Of a DNA stretch of 64,000 bases, positions 33,486 to 45,949 are shown one piece after another (positions within the stretch are counted from its first letter, which is position 1; each line of letters starts with the position of its first letter). The translations under genes were made by a program, and so were the position numbers. Origin of the DNA: Callorhinchus milii. Taxonomy: Eukaryota. Location: contig NW_024704756.1 of the NCBI RefSeq assembly GCF_018977255.1, forward strand, positions 17,050,001 through 17,114,000, written 5' to 3'. Below the pieces are notes generated by a model. It ran no database searches and was not told the origin of the DNA. It was given only the letters and a program-made list of their open reading frames with translations.

Positions 33486-34059
33486 ACACTACCACAAACT
33501 TTTAACCGGCGCCGCACTTCACTGTCACTTGGTGTATGTGGATAAAATTGTTGAGTTTGTTTGTGTGGTGGGGGTTTGGTGTGGGGGGGGGGTGGTGTGG
33601 GGGATGTTGTTGTTGAGGCATCGAGAAGAATTCTCAATCAATTTCTTATTCTGAAAATTATGAAGGGAACACACACACACCACACCCCCCCCATTACACT
33701 GCCCCGTGTTCAAAAAGTTTTGTAAACCACCCGCAAAAGGAGATGATATGCGAGTGTCTGCTTGAAGGATGTCAGTTATATATAATACACACACACAGAC
33801 ACGTTGCAAAGAAAATAACGTTGAGAAAGTCGTTGAGTTTGTTTGAGGACGAGCGGGGTGGGGTGGTTGAGAATCGGGAACAATTCTCAACAAAACCTCA
33901 CCACCCACCAGGCAAAACAGGCAAAAAGGAAAGCAATGCTGGTGCATAGGGGACGGGAAGGAGAGGAGAGATGCTTCTGCAAATCTGGATCGCTTCTTTA
34001 AAAAGAAAAGCATTGCAATCGGATGTCAGTTGTGGCATTTTGATGGGGGCGATGATAAT

Positions 34060-34565
34060 ATTAATAATTCTTGCAATTGATATAGAGCTTTATTCCGTCT
34101 TTGAAACGTCTCAAAGCGCTTCACAGAATATACTTTAAAGTGTCCTGTCGCTCAGTAGTTAGAGCACTCGCCTCGCAAGCCAAGAGACCTGGGTTACAAT
34201 TCCCGGGCAGGGCGAAACGTTGGGCAAGTTTCCTTACTCCACAAGTCTCGGTTTGGTTTAACGAGCAGTGAGTAGGATCCCGGTTGTTAGTCAATTGGCG
34301 GATCGCTTTTCCGGGGGTAATAATCCCTTCAAAAGAAAATAAATAAATAAAATGGTCACTCAATCCACGTCTGTGGGACACTGCTGCGCGCAATTGGCTG
34401 CCGCGTCAATTCACATTACAGTATATTGTGTGAAGCATTTTGAGACATCTGATAAGGCGCTGTATCAAATGCAAGTATTATTTTGCGGGCGAAATTGCGC
34501 ACAGCAGTGTCCCACAAACAGTCATGGATTGAGTGACCACATTATTATAATTATTTTTGGAAGGT
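34060..34565. mobile_element. Nested SINEs: + family A copy (~34142-34480) inserted in a - copy (34060-34141 and 34480-34565)
   Basis: Minus-strand tail, then a complete plus-strand element, then the continuation of the minus-strand Deu-like region. Confidence 0.8.
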
Positions 34566-35904
34566 TATTGATATTAAATAAGAGTTGGTGGGGCTTTCTT
34601 GAGAATTGTTGCTGAGCGGATTTATTTCTCTCACTGCATGTTATTGTGTTTGTAACCTGTCTGTTTTTTTACATATATTTAAGTTTTTACATTATTTTAC
34701 ATTTTACATTATATTTACACACCATATATCGCCGTTTTATCAATAACAAGCAAGATTCTCTCCTTTTCCCCCCTCCCATGTCCTTTTATATCAGAGCATC
34801 CTTCACTCAGACATGCACACCCCTTTGATAGATGGTTTGGAACCGTTTTGCAAACTTTTTCAACGCTGCAGTGTTTCCATCATTTTGAGAATAAGTTCTA
34901 GTTTTTTTGAGGGGGAAACTAAGTCTCCTTTTATTCACCGTAAACTCATGTTCTTTTCTTTTTAAAAAAAAACAAATCAGTTGCTGTTTTATTCATTTTA
35001 AGTCAGACTGCTTTTTCTTTGCTCGCTTTTTATTAAACCGAGAGCTTCCTTAAACCTGCATGTACACAAGGAATAAAGAAAAAGACGCATTTTGTTTGAG
35101 GATTATAAATCTAGATTTTAAAAAAATTCAACCAACTAAAGTGGTTTTGGAAACTTTGTAAATGCTCCACGACTTGAGGCAGCATTTAAACATGAAATTT
35201 ATCGACTGGAGGAGCTAAACTGATCGGAGTGTTTAGCTCGTTTGGTCAGTATATTTTCACTTCTTGATTTGTTTTGCTGAGAAGAGAAGCTTGTTCGGTT
35301 CTCAGAGGAATGCTGTCAGTGCTAATTCATTGGATGTGTATGAACACAAGCCGCCCAAACTCGATAGCCGTACACTCGTATGAGACTATTTTTCATATGT
35401 TGTTATGATAATGATAAACGTGCGCAGTTAACTATTAAGCAAGTGCTAGTTAAATTTAAATTGTATGAATATTACAATTAAGGATATGTTCCGGCCCTGA
35501 CATATCTAAAATTCTCGCTATTTTTAAGTACTGTACATGTAAGCTAGAGGTGTGTAGCCATATTCTCAACTTAACCCTAAGCATTTTGATCAAACAAGTG
35601 CGTTAAAGTGGAAAAATAAATTTATTGCGAACTTTAGTGCTAGATCTGATTCTGATTTAATAGCATTCAAAAATAAACCTTAAGGGATGAGTTTGAAGGA
35701 ACATAGAAAGACCAAGTCCAAATCATTGATGTGACCTAAAGGCAATTCTAACAGGCCATTACAAATATAATGTTAATTTTAAATCCTATTACATTTAGTT
35801 ATAGATGCACGGGGACCGAATTAATAAACTTGCAGAACAACACTTAACCCGAATCAATGCATTTTCCACAGGCAGAGTAACCAATTTCTTTCAGTCCTAG
35901 TTAC

Positions 35905-36210
35905 ACTGGTGGGTGAGTCAGTAACCCGATGGCACCAATTTAAAATAGTTGTTAAAAGAAAAAGAGGGGAGGAAAGCAGAATTTTTTTCATACCGCAAGT
36001 TGTTCGGATCTGGAATGCATTGCGCGAAAGGGTGATGGAAGTTGATTCGATAACAACTTTTAAGAGAGAAGTAAATAATTATTTGGGGAGGACAAGTTTG
36101 CAGGGCTATGGGGCGAGAGTGGGAAAGTGGGATTGATTTGGAAGCTCTTTTCAAAGAGCGGCACAGACACAATGGGCCAAATCACCTCCTGTGCTGTATA
36201 ATTCTATGAT
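35905..36210 (+). mobile_element. CR1 LINE 3' end
   Basis: ORF GESVTRWHQFKIVVKR..FF..VVRIWNALRERVMEVDSITTFKREVNNYL..LQGYG (CR1 ORF2 C-terminus); 3' UTR ends tataattctatgat. Confidence 0.88.
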
Positions 36211-37529
36211 ACTTTGAATTAAGTTACAGCAGATAAACAAATGAAACATAGGTCGTAAGTGGCTGCTTAATTTAACCCAATTGTGTGTCAACGGTTTTGA
36301 TCGAGCTCTAAGCAAATTCACCCCACCAAATTGGTTGTACGACTCGATATGTAAACCAATAGACTTACAATATCAAGCAGGTTCTCCAAAAAAGCAGCAT
36401 AGTTACTAACTCAAAATATTAAACTACAACATTGTTGTCAATATGAATTGTTAAATTAATCATTTGCTAATTAATCAAAGTCAGTGACAGTTTGAAAATT
36501 GGAACATACGTTTCTACTCTTTTTTTTCTACAGTGAGATTACACTTCTAGACAATTATCAGGTCCCATTTGGGTGTTTTTATATCTGTAGCACAACATTT
36601 CTGAATTGACCAATATTTCAATCAGCTGCATGTTTCCATTTTTGCCGTGATGCTTTTTTTAGCATTGGTTCTTGACGGTAGCTTATGATACTCCGTGTAG
36701 GACTAGGTATTAAATTAACTCAAAACTTTATTGTATGAAACCAAATGCTCCCAAGGAAAATTATTAAATTTGATGCTTGACGTCTCCAATATGCAAAAAA
36801 AAACCTGAGCAAAATGTGCGTTCCAAACTTCTGTTTTAAGAGTACGGTATGAACTTACATAGTTAGTTGAACTATGGTTTGTTAATTTGAGTTGAAATTT
36901 GAACTATTGAAATGAAAACAATTCCTGTTGATAACAGTTATAAAAGTATAAAGAAAATTGATGGGACATATTTGAATGATGAAATCAATCCTATTTACAG
37001 ACAAATCCTTATTGCGAAAAAGAGTCTGTTCCTTTTAAGGTTAAAGTGATCATATTTTGAGCAATCATAGCAATTAACAGTTTATTAGATAAAAGTCCTT
37101 TGTAAATTGTACTGTACCTGATTTTAGCTTTAGCATCTGAGCAATGGTGTGTCCTATATGAATGAACAGAAATGTGAAAGAGAGAGCAAGTTAACTTAAC
37201 ACGCAGAATTTAATCACAAACTCTTTCAGGGAGCTGTTGTTTACTGTTGTTGCTGCACAAATTTCTCTTGTTCAAAATGTAGTCAAACCTCTTTTGATGG
37301 TAGCATCAGTGGAATTCCTACTAACGTCTCCCTTCCCTGTGTAATGTTGTGAATTGAACTTGGACCTTGTCTTCATTTTCCGTTCAAGGTTGTTGATGCT
37401 ATTTTAAAGCTTCTTTTACTAGTTTGTAGCTTGTCGTGTTACCAGGCTCTATTATTATTAACTCCCTGTAGAAACTAGCCCACTACATTATTTGTTTCTA
37501 TTGTTATTTGGGTCCTCACCCAAATCAAC

Positions 37530-37885
37530 TCTGCATGGCCATCACCCCAATCCTTTCCTAGCTTCGAAAAGGTCAACTTCAAGAACGTCACCCTCAAATG
37601 TCCAAGCAGCTCCCTACCTCTCTGACCTGCTCATACCTCCCCCCTTTACCAGCCACCTTCAGTCAGCTGTTATAGGCCTGCTGCGAATCACCCGACCCCT
37701 CCTTGCCATCATAATCTTGACCCCTCTTTATCTTTCAATCCCACATGAAGACTTACCTCTTCGATCGCACCCTATCTGTGACATGACACCTCCTTCTCCC
37801 TTGCTTGACATCTAACCCCATCAGTGTGCAGCACTCCCAAGATGCTCTCCTACGTGAAGGGCACCATATAAATGCAAGTTGTTTG
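37530..37885 (+). mobile_element. Degenerate L2 3' fragment
   Basis: ctgcatggc..gtcaacttcaagaac..AAPYLSDLL; tail ctcctacgtgaagggcaccatataaatgcaagttg. Confidence 0.65.
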
Positions 37886-37934
37886 GGTTGGGAAATCCTC
37901 TACCTCAGTCAATAAAAACTCTCCTAAACCTTCC

Positions 37935-38310
37935 AAATAATAATAATAGTATGGTACCTTATCAGGTGTCAAAACATCCCAAAGCACTTGATAGGATTTT
38001 ACAGTAAAGTGTAGTGACTGTATTTATGGACAAACAAACAGCAATTAAGTCGATTACTAATTTTATCTGGTGGATTGTTGGGCCATAACATCAGGAGAAA
38101 TTCCCTTATGTTTTCAAATAGTGCCACAGGATTTTTACTTTCACCTGAACAGGCTGATGGGGACTGAGGCTTAACATCTCATTTGAAAGATTATACCTTG
38201 TGATGATAAAAGACTGTGAACCACACGTTGGCCTAGACTGTGAGCTCAAAGTCCTGACGTGAGGCTTGAACTCGGAGGTGAGAGTACTATCAACTGAGCC
38301 AGTCTGACAC
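37935..38310 (-). mobile_element. Deu-type SINE family B (near full length, old)
   Basis: 5' end gtgtcagactggctcagttgatagtactctc..gttcaagcctcacgtcaggac; gagatgttaagcctcagtccc..caggtgaaagtaaaaatcc; tail present. Confidence 0.75.
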
Positions 38311-41300
38311 CAAATATATTCTGGTGGAGAGTTTTTATAAATCAACCATGTGGAATAATTCGCATAACTTTTACAAAGTGTTATTACTGGATTAGTTCTT
38401 CAATGGTGATTTACAGTTTGGCACGTGTGGGGTGCTGTGGCATTTCTTCTAGGTTAAAAGAGTCCCCCACCCCTCTCCTATTGAATCACTGCCAAGTCAG
38501 TCTTCATAGTAATGTACAGCAGAAAGATGAAGATAGATTACTTACCTATTAGGGTCTTATTCACTTTTTGAGTCTGCAACATTGAGATTTGTAGGCTGAA
38601 TGTTTTGAGGTTTGAGGTTGTTTTATTTTCTGTTTCTTGTTGGCATTAAATATCAAGCTAATGGTTCTACTGCGAGACATACTTACTTTTCTATTGTGCA
38701 GGAAAAAAATCCTAACGACATTCTGTGGATAAAGGAACTTTGTAGCTTGCATTTTTCGCCTCAATGTCAGACGTGAAGGCGTGTTGCCCTCCAGCCCTGT
38801 GTGAAATGTGTGCTTGTTTTGGAAATGAAAAGGGCTTCTTTGATAGTTAATCTGTCTTTTTAGGAACAATTTTTTAAAATTTGTTGTACTTGGGAATCTA
38901 GTTATAAAGCCCTTCTGTGTAATGCCCTTCATGCCTTACTGATAGATCTGATGTTCTGTAGACCCGAACTACAGCTTCTAGTGCTTACTCTCCAACTTCC
39001 CGTTCTAAAACATTGACCAACTTCTTAAGCACAAGAAGTCTTGCTGAAGTTACTCAGTGAAAAATTACTAGTGGTGCTTTATGTGCACAACAGGCTGGAA
39101 GTGATTTCCGCAAAACCTGATGACCTGGATGTCTGTCCGCCACAAGACTCCAACCGGCGTAAAGGGTGCTGTATAAATGCAAGTTGTTGTTTTCTGCGCT
39201 TTGCTTATAATAGCATTGCTGAAATGACTGCGTTGTAATTCGGTTGCATATATTTACAGCTCCAGATCAAAGTAGGGAAAATAATATTTTTAATTGCGTT
39301 CTCAAAGAAGGTTTAATAAGTAACCTCTAATCCGAATATCAGGAATGTGCTTCAGTGTTTTCAGTCTCTTCATTTGTAGGTGTATAAATCAATATAATCA
39401 AAATATTGATGTGTAACAAATATTGAAGTAAGCCAAGGTCATCTTACTTAATTCACACCTACGTAAGCTAAGTTTATAAGGTAACATTTCAACATTCTGG
39501 AGGATGTTGTGCTAACAAAAATAATATTGCTCGGGTTTGTTGTCAGTTGGCTTTTACAGATCAGTTTACAGTAAGCACGGTTGCTTGGGGCCAGTTGGGT
39601 CCAGTGTCTCAGCATTGCAATTCTAAGCAAAAGTGCAGAAACAGGACAGATCATCAGGTGCTGCGGATGTCACTACCAGTCTGTTGTGTGTATCAAGCAT
39701 CACCGATGTCATTTTTGCTCTGTCATGAAGCCTTGTGTATTTTTAAATGTTCTCTATAGAAATTTATGACACAGTATGAGACCATTTGGCTCATTTTATT
39801 CCTTGGATTGCCGACAACTCCACCCAACTCTCTGTGCCAACTGGTTCTATGTCTGATACTGGAAATGTAAATAAAGCAAATGCTGTAGTAAAATTGAAAC
39901 ATTAAAATAGCTATAGTATTACTGTAATATCCTAAAGTAAATGACCAAATTTAAAATAAATGACTTAAATCTTAACTTATCCTTGCCCCAGAGTACTATT
40001 TTCCTATTCTCATTTCTTTTAGCTTTATTTTTTGTTTTACTCTAATCCTTGTTTTATTTTTCTGTATCCCTGCTCCATTGTGGAAATGGTAAAATCTGTT
40101 TTTGAAGGGATGTTTTTATTAGTGGAAGTTAACTAGACTTTTACAGCCAGAGGAAAGCTGAAAGATTGACAGTCACATCAATCATTGTTACAAACCATGA
40201 AGCTTGTAAGTTGAACACCTCAGTGGTGCCCATAAGAGATTATACGTGGACAAGTAGCTTCATTTATGGCACCTTAAGGGATAATTATTGGAATTATATA
40301 CCTGCTCGATGTCGCGAGAAGGTGAAAAAGTAAATAACCAACCTCACACCTGTTCTTCTGGTTTGATCATCCACCTGACAATTGAACCATATTTGTTTTA
40401 ATTTGAAGTTCAATGTTTAGTGTTGTATTCAGTTCACCTTGCGTTTTTTTAAAAAAAACAGGTATTTTTAAACATTCATTATAAAGAGGTTTGGTAAACT
40501 ATAAAAAGGTTTAACACAGATTTCTAATTTGCATTAAAGTACCATACTCTGTTTTCAAGTATAGTAGTAATTAATTTATGATTGGAATACTGGATTATTC
40601 ATTAAATAGCATTTCAATGTACTGCCTATGTTGAGATGACTCAGAAAGTTAGAAGTTGAAATAATGCAGTTTACCACTTCATTTAGGCACTTTACAAACA
40701 TTAACGTATAATAAAAATGTGAATAACTGACATTTTATGTCAGTGGTGGTAGAAACGATAAATGCACATAATGAAGAGAACAAGGAAACAAATCGAGTAT
40801 GTTTTACTCTATGTGAATTATTTATTCATGTCAAACAATTCTGTAGTACACAGTATACTTGTATAGTGCATGGTACCAACTCTAGAAGGACAAAACTATG
40901 CATGTTTAGTGATCTTCAAGATGCTACACAAAAATCCAAATTTGGTTCATGCTACAGAATTGTATGAAGCACATAAGCCACTTCAAAAAGGACATGGAGG
41001 AAGAAAGACCCACAGAAAACAAAAACTCTGAAGTACTTGGAGAAGTAGTCAGGAGTCTTGATCAGATGATCACAGTCTTCAACAGAGAGTTTTTCCTCGA
41101 ATTCCAAACAGTCTGGTAAGTGTGGGTATTTAAAATCTCCAAATTCCGTACAAATAGATATAAAAGCTAATCATAATCATGAAAGCTAACATTTCGATTG
41201 TAATATGCGAATGGATTTCTTTGTACATTGCCTCAGCTATATTTGAACTCTGAGGAGCATTCACCATCTAGCGGAAAAATCTCTCTCGGCATCATGGGCA

Positions 41301-42744
41301 GGGAATCAGGAGTACTTGGTAATCGCACGTGAACGATTCCCAGTTCTCTAACCATAACCTTGCATCTTGCTAAAAGTTGTAAGTTCTGCCTGCGAAGAAT
41401 TCCCCTCAATACTTTGCTTAAATTGTATTTAATTCTGTTGACAATATGGATGTAGGACAGAAAACTGGGCATTCAACATTGCTGTAAAACAAAACCCATG
41501 TCAATAGGTATTGTTCCTAATTAATTTACATTTGGATGGAGGAAGAGAAGTTTAGGTCACATCATAGTTTATTTGTACTTGTTTTTCACCAATAGAGAAG
41601 TTCTTCACCCCTCCCCATATACCACCCAATACTTATTTCTATTGTCTCTATCTCTAGTGTGTTTTAATCTTGAGATTTAAAATTTATGATGTCTTTCATG
41701 TCTCCACAGTGTTGTTGCCTTCATTCTGTTCAACTACTTCACCCATTAGGCTACAGCTGTGTGGTTAAATGTCAAGATAGAGAGAAAAGCATGTCCTGCC
41801 AATGTGGATCCTCAACTCTGAACATTCACTACCAGGGAGAAGCAGGAAGAGTTTCTGCATCCCATTTGATTCTGCGCAAAGCTTTCTCTTGCATAGGGCG
41901 AACATTCAGTCGGTTCTACCAAGACAGGTGAGGGGAAGTGTCTGTCAAATGAGATGGATGTTAGGACTCCCACACTGTCATAATGGCAGAGTTTTGGGGA
42001 GGAGGGAACTTGGCTGATTGAAGTAGGCCATTGTTGATTAATGCCAGTCCATAATCTGGTAATACACTGATGTACTTTGACATAGACCGATCATGTAATT
42101 GGCCTGGGCACAGCAGGATGACTTTGTAGTTCGTTCAGCACACTGCTATAAAACCAGCAGTCCTCCTTGTGTTGTTTCAGGGTTGTGCTTGTTTAGAGTT
42201 CTCTTGAGCCCTATGAAACTCATTTGATGAGGGTGTGATAGCCAGTGTTCACTTCTCATGTGATCCCCACATGAGTACACAGTACCAAACTGGAGGATTA
42301 GTTCACTTATGGCTTCTGTCAAATCTCAGCAGCCAGTAATTTGTAAATCTGAAATGAGCATCTCATTACAAATATTAATAATAATCCTCGTGATTGATAG
42401 AGCGTTTTACCACATGCATTCACACTGCTGGTCTTTTCTTTGGAACATATGGTTGTAATATTGAGCCGAATATTGTAATATTGAGTCACTTTGCAGAAAT
42501 TGCACAGGCAGATGTTTTAATTTATTTCTGTTAATTTTCACTTGCCAGCTATGACTATAGTGGAAATAATGTAAATATTTGTATATTCAATTTAAAATTT
42601 AAGCTCAGTTATTTGACCTGTACATTATTTTCTTAGTCTTCAAATAAATTATTTTGTCATTTTTCTTGAGTGTTCTTTTTTTGCCTCCATGTTTTCAACT
42701 CCATACATTAAATGGCCTCTTCATTGGGGTTAGGTGTAATTTAA

Positions 42745-43225
42745 GATTCTGGATAATGTTTGTTCAACTGAATGTCAACAAAACTGAAGCCATCCTGCTT
42801 GGCTCCCTCGAGTGCCTCCGCACCTCTGGCTCTATAGCTCCCAAGATACTCACTCTAACTCATGTGCAACCTTGTTATTTTGTTCTACCCCCAGTTCTCA
42901 TTAAGCCTTTCATCTTTAAACTCCTCTTTTCTCCAGCTCCACAACATCGCCTGCCTCTGTTTCTTGTTGACCCAATGTAGCCCAAACCTTCATGTGTGTC
43001 TTTTGTCAACTCCTTGAGGGTTATCTTTCAGACATGTTGCCTCATTCTCTGGAAACCTCTCCCCAAATCCCTATACCTCATGCCCTTCCTCTCTGCTTAC
43101 AAAAACGTTCTAGACACCTACTTGTTGAATGCACTTCCAACAATGTTTGTATTTTTCTGCTGTTACTCACTCTCTGTAAGGTGGGATGTTAGCCTGTGTG
43201 AAATATGCTATATATGTGCAAGGTT
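42745..43225 (+). mobile_element. Degenerate L2 fragments
   Basis: FVQLNVNKTEAILLG (L2 LQLNxxKTE motif), ..PHSLETSP.., and an L2-type tail. Confidence 0.6.
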
Positions 43226-43349
43226 TTTTTTTAGTGTTTTATTATCTTGGGTGGCCTGCTGTTACTAATCTACTCAGAATTTGTGCCAGTTAGTACCATA
43301 ACAATTATTTGTTTGACTAAAATCGTGCACTTGCATCCATGTCCAATGT

Positions 43350-43525
43350 ATCAACCTGGTTCAGTGGTTGTGCTCTCGCTTCGTGAGTCAGAAGATTGTG
43401 GGTTCAAGCCCCATGTCGTGACTCGGACTTACACAGTCTTAAGTTGACACTGCAATGCAATGCTGGGGGGTGTTGCATTGTCAGCACTGCTGTCTTTTTG
43501 GATGAGACATTAAAGCAAGGTCCTG
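43350..43525 (+). mobile_element. Deu-type SINE family B head
   Basis: ctggttcagtggttgtgctctcgcttcgtgagtcagaagattgtgggttcaagcccc..gcattgtcagcactgctgtctttttggatgagacattaaa. Confidence 0.75.
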
Positions 43526-44229
43526 TAACTTGTTACATTTGTTGGTAATTCACTCCAAATTGTTTAGCTAATATTGTATTGAACAAATACACCCAATTGT
43601 TTTAAATTTCGTATATTCCAAAAAACTAAAGTCTGCTGTTCATACATTAAGTTAGCAGTAGTCATTGTCCTGAATTGTAATTGATGAAAAGTATTTTAAC
43701 CGTAGAACTTAACTGTTTGTTAGTTCAGATATTCTTTATTAACATTTTTAAATTCCGTTTTAAAATATAATTTTGCTTCTCAGTGAAAAGTGATGTTACA
43801 GAATATTTAGAATAATTCTTGCATTTAATATTGCACCTTATGTGGTGGAAATGTACTGTAAAGTGTAGTGACTATGTATTTTGCAAGCAAATATTTTTAC
43901 AAAGAGTAGATATGACTACAGATTGTAACACTTGAAAGTGTTGACTGTAAACTAAAATAGAAACTAGAGAAAATGCACTGTCTGTTGGCATTCACACTGA
44001 CAGCTGCTGCGAGTACGAAACCTATCCAAAACTGAATAAAATTGTCCCACAAAACTAAAACAGTACTGTATGTGTTATAAATAGGATAACATTAAAAGCT
44101 TATTGGGTTATCAACATCATTTGAGCGCTGAGGTTGATTTATGCCCTTGGATCTCATTTTATTTAGAATAAATTGCTTGGAAATTGTGGGAGAAATATAA
44201 TATAATCTATTTTTGAAATCTTTGCTGCT

Positions 44230-45620
44230 GCCAAGTTAGGTTACCAAAGCCAGGCTAGCTGTAGACACCACAAGATCTCGCCATTTCAATCTCTCCGTTA
44301 CTAGCTAATGCAGCTGCCTGACTGTTGTCACTCTTCCTTTCATGTCTTCAATACATGGTTCCCCTACCTCAGGTTTGCCTTTCCCAGCTGCAAACCAATC
44401 CATCACTGTCTGGGAGTACAGATCTTCAGCTAATACAGTGCACACGCCCTCCCTTTCGGTTTTAACTTTTCAGTTACTGCATGCAGGCCATTCATTATTT
44501 GAGTATGGGTAATTTTGTGCTCCAAGCTGATACCCAACATACTCCCTTATAGAGCGTTCCAAAAAACATCGAGCTCTGTTTTGTCACAGTCCAGGTCCTA
44601 GTTCTATACAGGGATATTGTTGAATACAAGCTTGCTACTCCTTTTTCAATGCGCTGATCTCTCAATCAGACTGGTTAACTAATATATGTCCATCAAAAGC
44701 ACTCAGACTAGGAAATGCCTTAATTTCTTTCTCGCCTCAACAAGAACAGCTTGCATTTATATAACTCCCCTCATGCAGGATTGCATCCCAGAGCGCTTGG
44801 CTAGCCATAGCTTCATGCTCACTGTCCATACAACTTCCCAGGTATGTAAACTCATCAGTTTACTATCGGGTACTTCCAACCAAAATGACCATTTTTATCA
44901 TAGTTTGCTTTTCATATTATAATGTGTAATCCTAGTCTTGGGAAGTTGATGTTGAGCTCCCATTTTCTCATAATATTTTGTAAGTCATGGCAAGTAGCAA
45001 CCAAGTATTTTGTGAGAATATTGGCTTGGGGCTATACTTTCAGCCTCACTTCTTTTAGTATCTTGTTTCTCATGGGTTCATTCATGTTGTAGTTTGTGGT
45101 AGCAGAGTGTGCAGTCCTGCTAGATCTCATTACTTTGAGCTATTTTGATATTTTTGTTCAATTAAATAGACAGTTCAAAAAACAGCTTTACCTCACACTC
45201 TTAAGGAGAACAGTACCATTAGTATGTTCCTGTTCCCTTTGAGTATTGCTGCCAGTTTCTAAAACAGTTTGCTTCTCAGTACTCCAGAATGCCAGCCACC
45301 CATATCTTTATGCAGTTTAGTGTCAGTTTCACAGAGGCTTTTGTTTCCTATCTTCATCTGACTTCCCAACACCTTTCCATCTATCTCACCCAACTGTTCA
45401 GTTAATCTTGCCACTGATCGGAGTAAAGTTTGAAGTTATCAGTTAATGATAATTATCAGTTAATGATAATCAGTTAATGAAAACTACTGTTTTCAGATTA
45501 CTGGATTTTTCTCCCAGCATGTCCCTCGGTTCCATTCCAGTGCGTTAGTTCATTTAAAGTTGCTGATAGTTAACTGGTACCTCATATGTTTGCCTTCAAC
45601 ATTTCTGTATTCTTCACCTA
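44230..45620 (-). mobile_element. Possible degenerate RTE-clade LINE fragments
   Basis: Segments such as tcatgtcttcaatacatggttc..tttgcctttccc and aaaacatcgagctctgttttgtcacagtccaggtcc..tatacaggg resemble the reverse complement of an RTE ORF 3' end; highly diverged. Confidence 0.4.
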
Positions 45621-45759
45621 TACTTCCCTATCATACCTGACTTCTTCCTGCCTTTCAGTGATTCTGTTGCGCCTTTATTGTTTTCTACGTCTCAGATGCT
45701 TCCCTGGGACCTGAAGGTACTAAATGTAAGCTCAGTCAGCCTGGAGAATAGTGCTAGGA

Positions 45760-45949
45760 CAGTGGGGCCAACCCATTGACCAGAGGTGACCCACCGAACA
45801 TTTGCACCAGTCTAGGCGAGTCCGGTCCAAATCAATACTTATTTCCAGTCACTAACAAGCAGTGGTGCCCATGGCTCGGCCGTAAATGAAGAAATAGTAA
45901 ATCAAGAAAATTTATTTTGTTAGCCGACCAAAAAGCTTGGCCACCCCTG
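45760..45949. mobile_element. Non-autonomous hAT (Charlie-type) MITE, 190 bp
   Basis: TIRs CAGTGGGGCCAA / TTGGCCACCCCTG; 8-bp TSD tgctagga (45752-45759) / tgctagaa (45950-45957) with the central CTAG typical of Charlie targets. Confidence 0.75.

Noticed and set aside
32063-33505. 480-aa proline-rich (extensin-like) ORF
   Set aside because: Translation of the C-rich intronic satellite downstream of a canonical donor.
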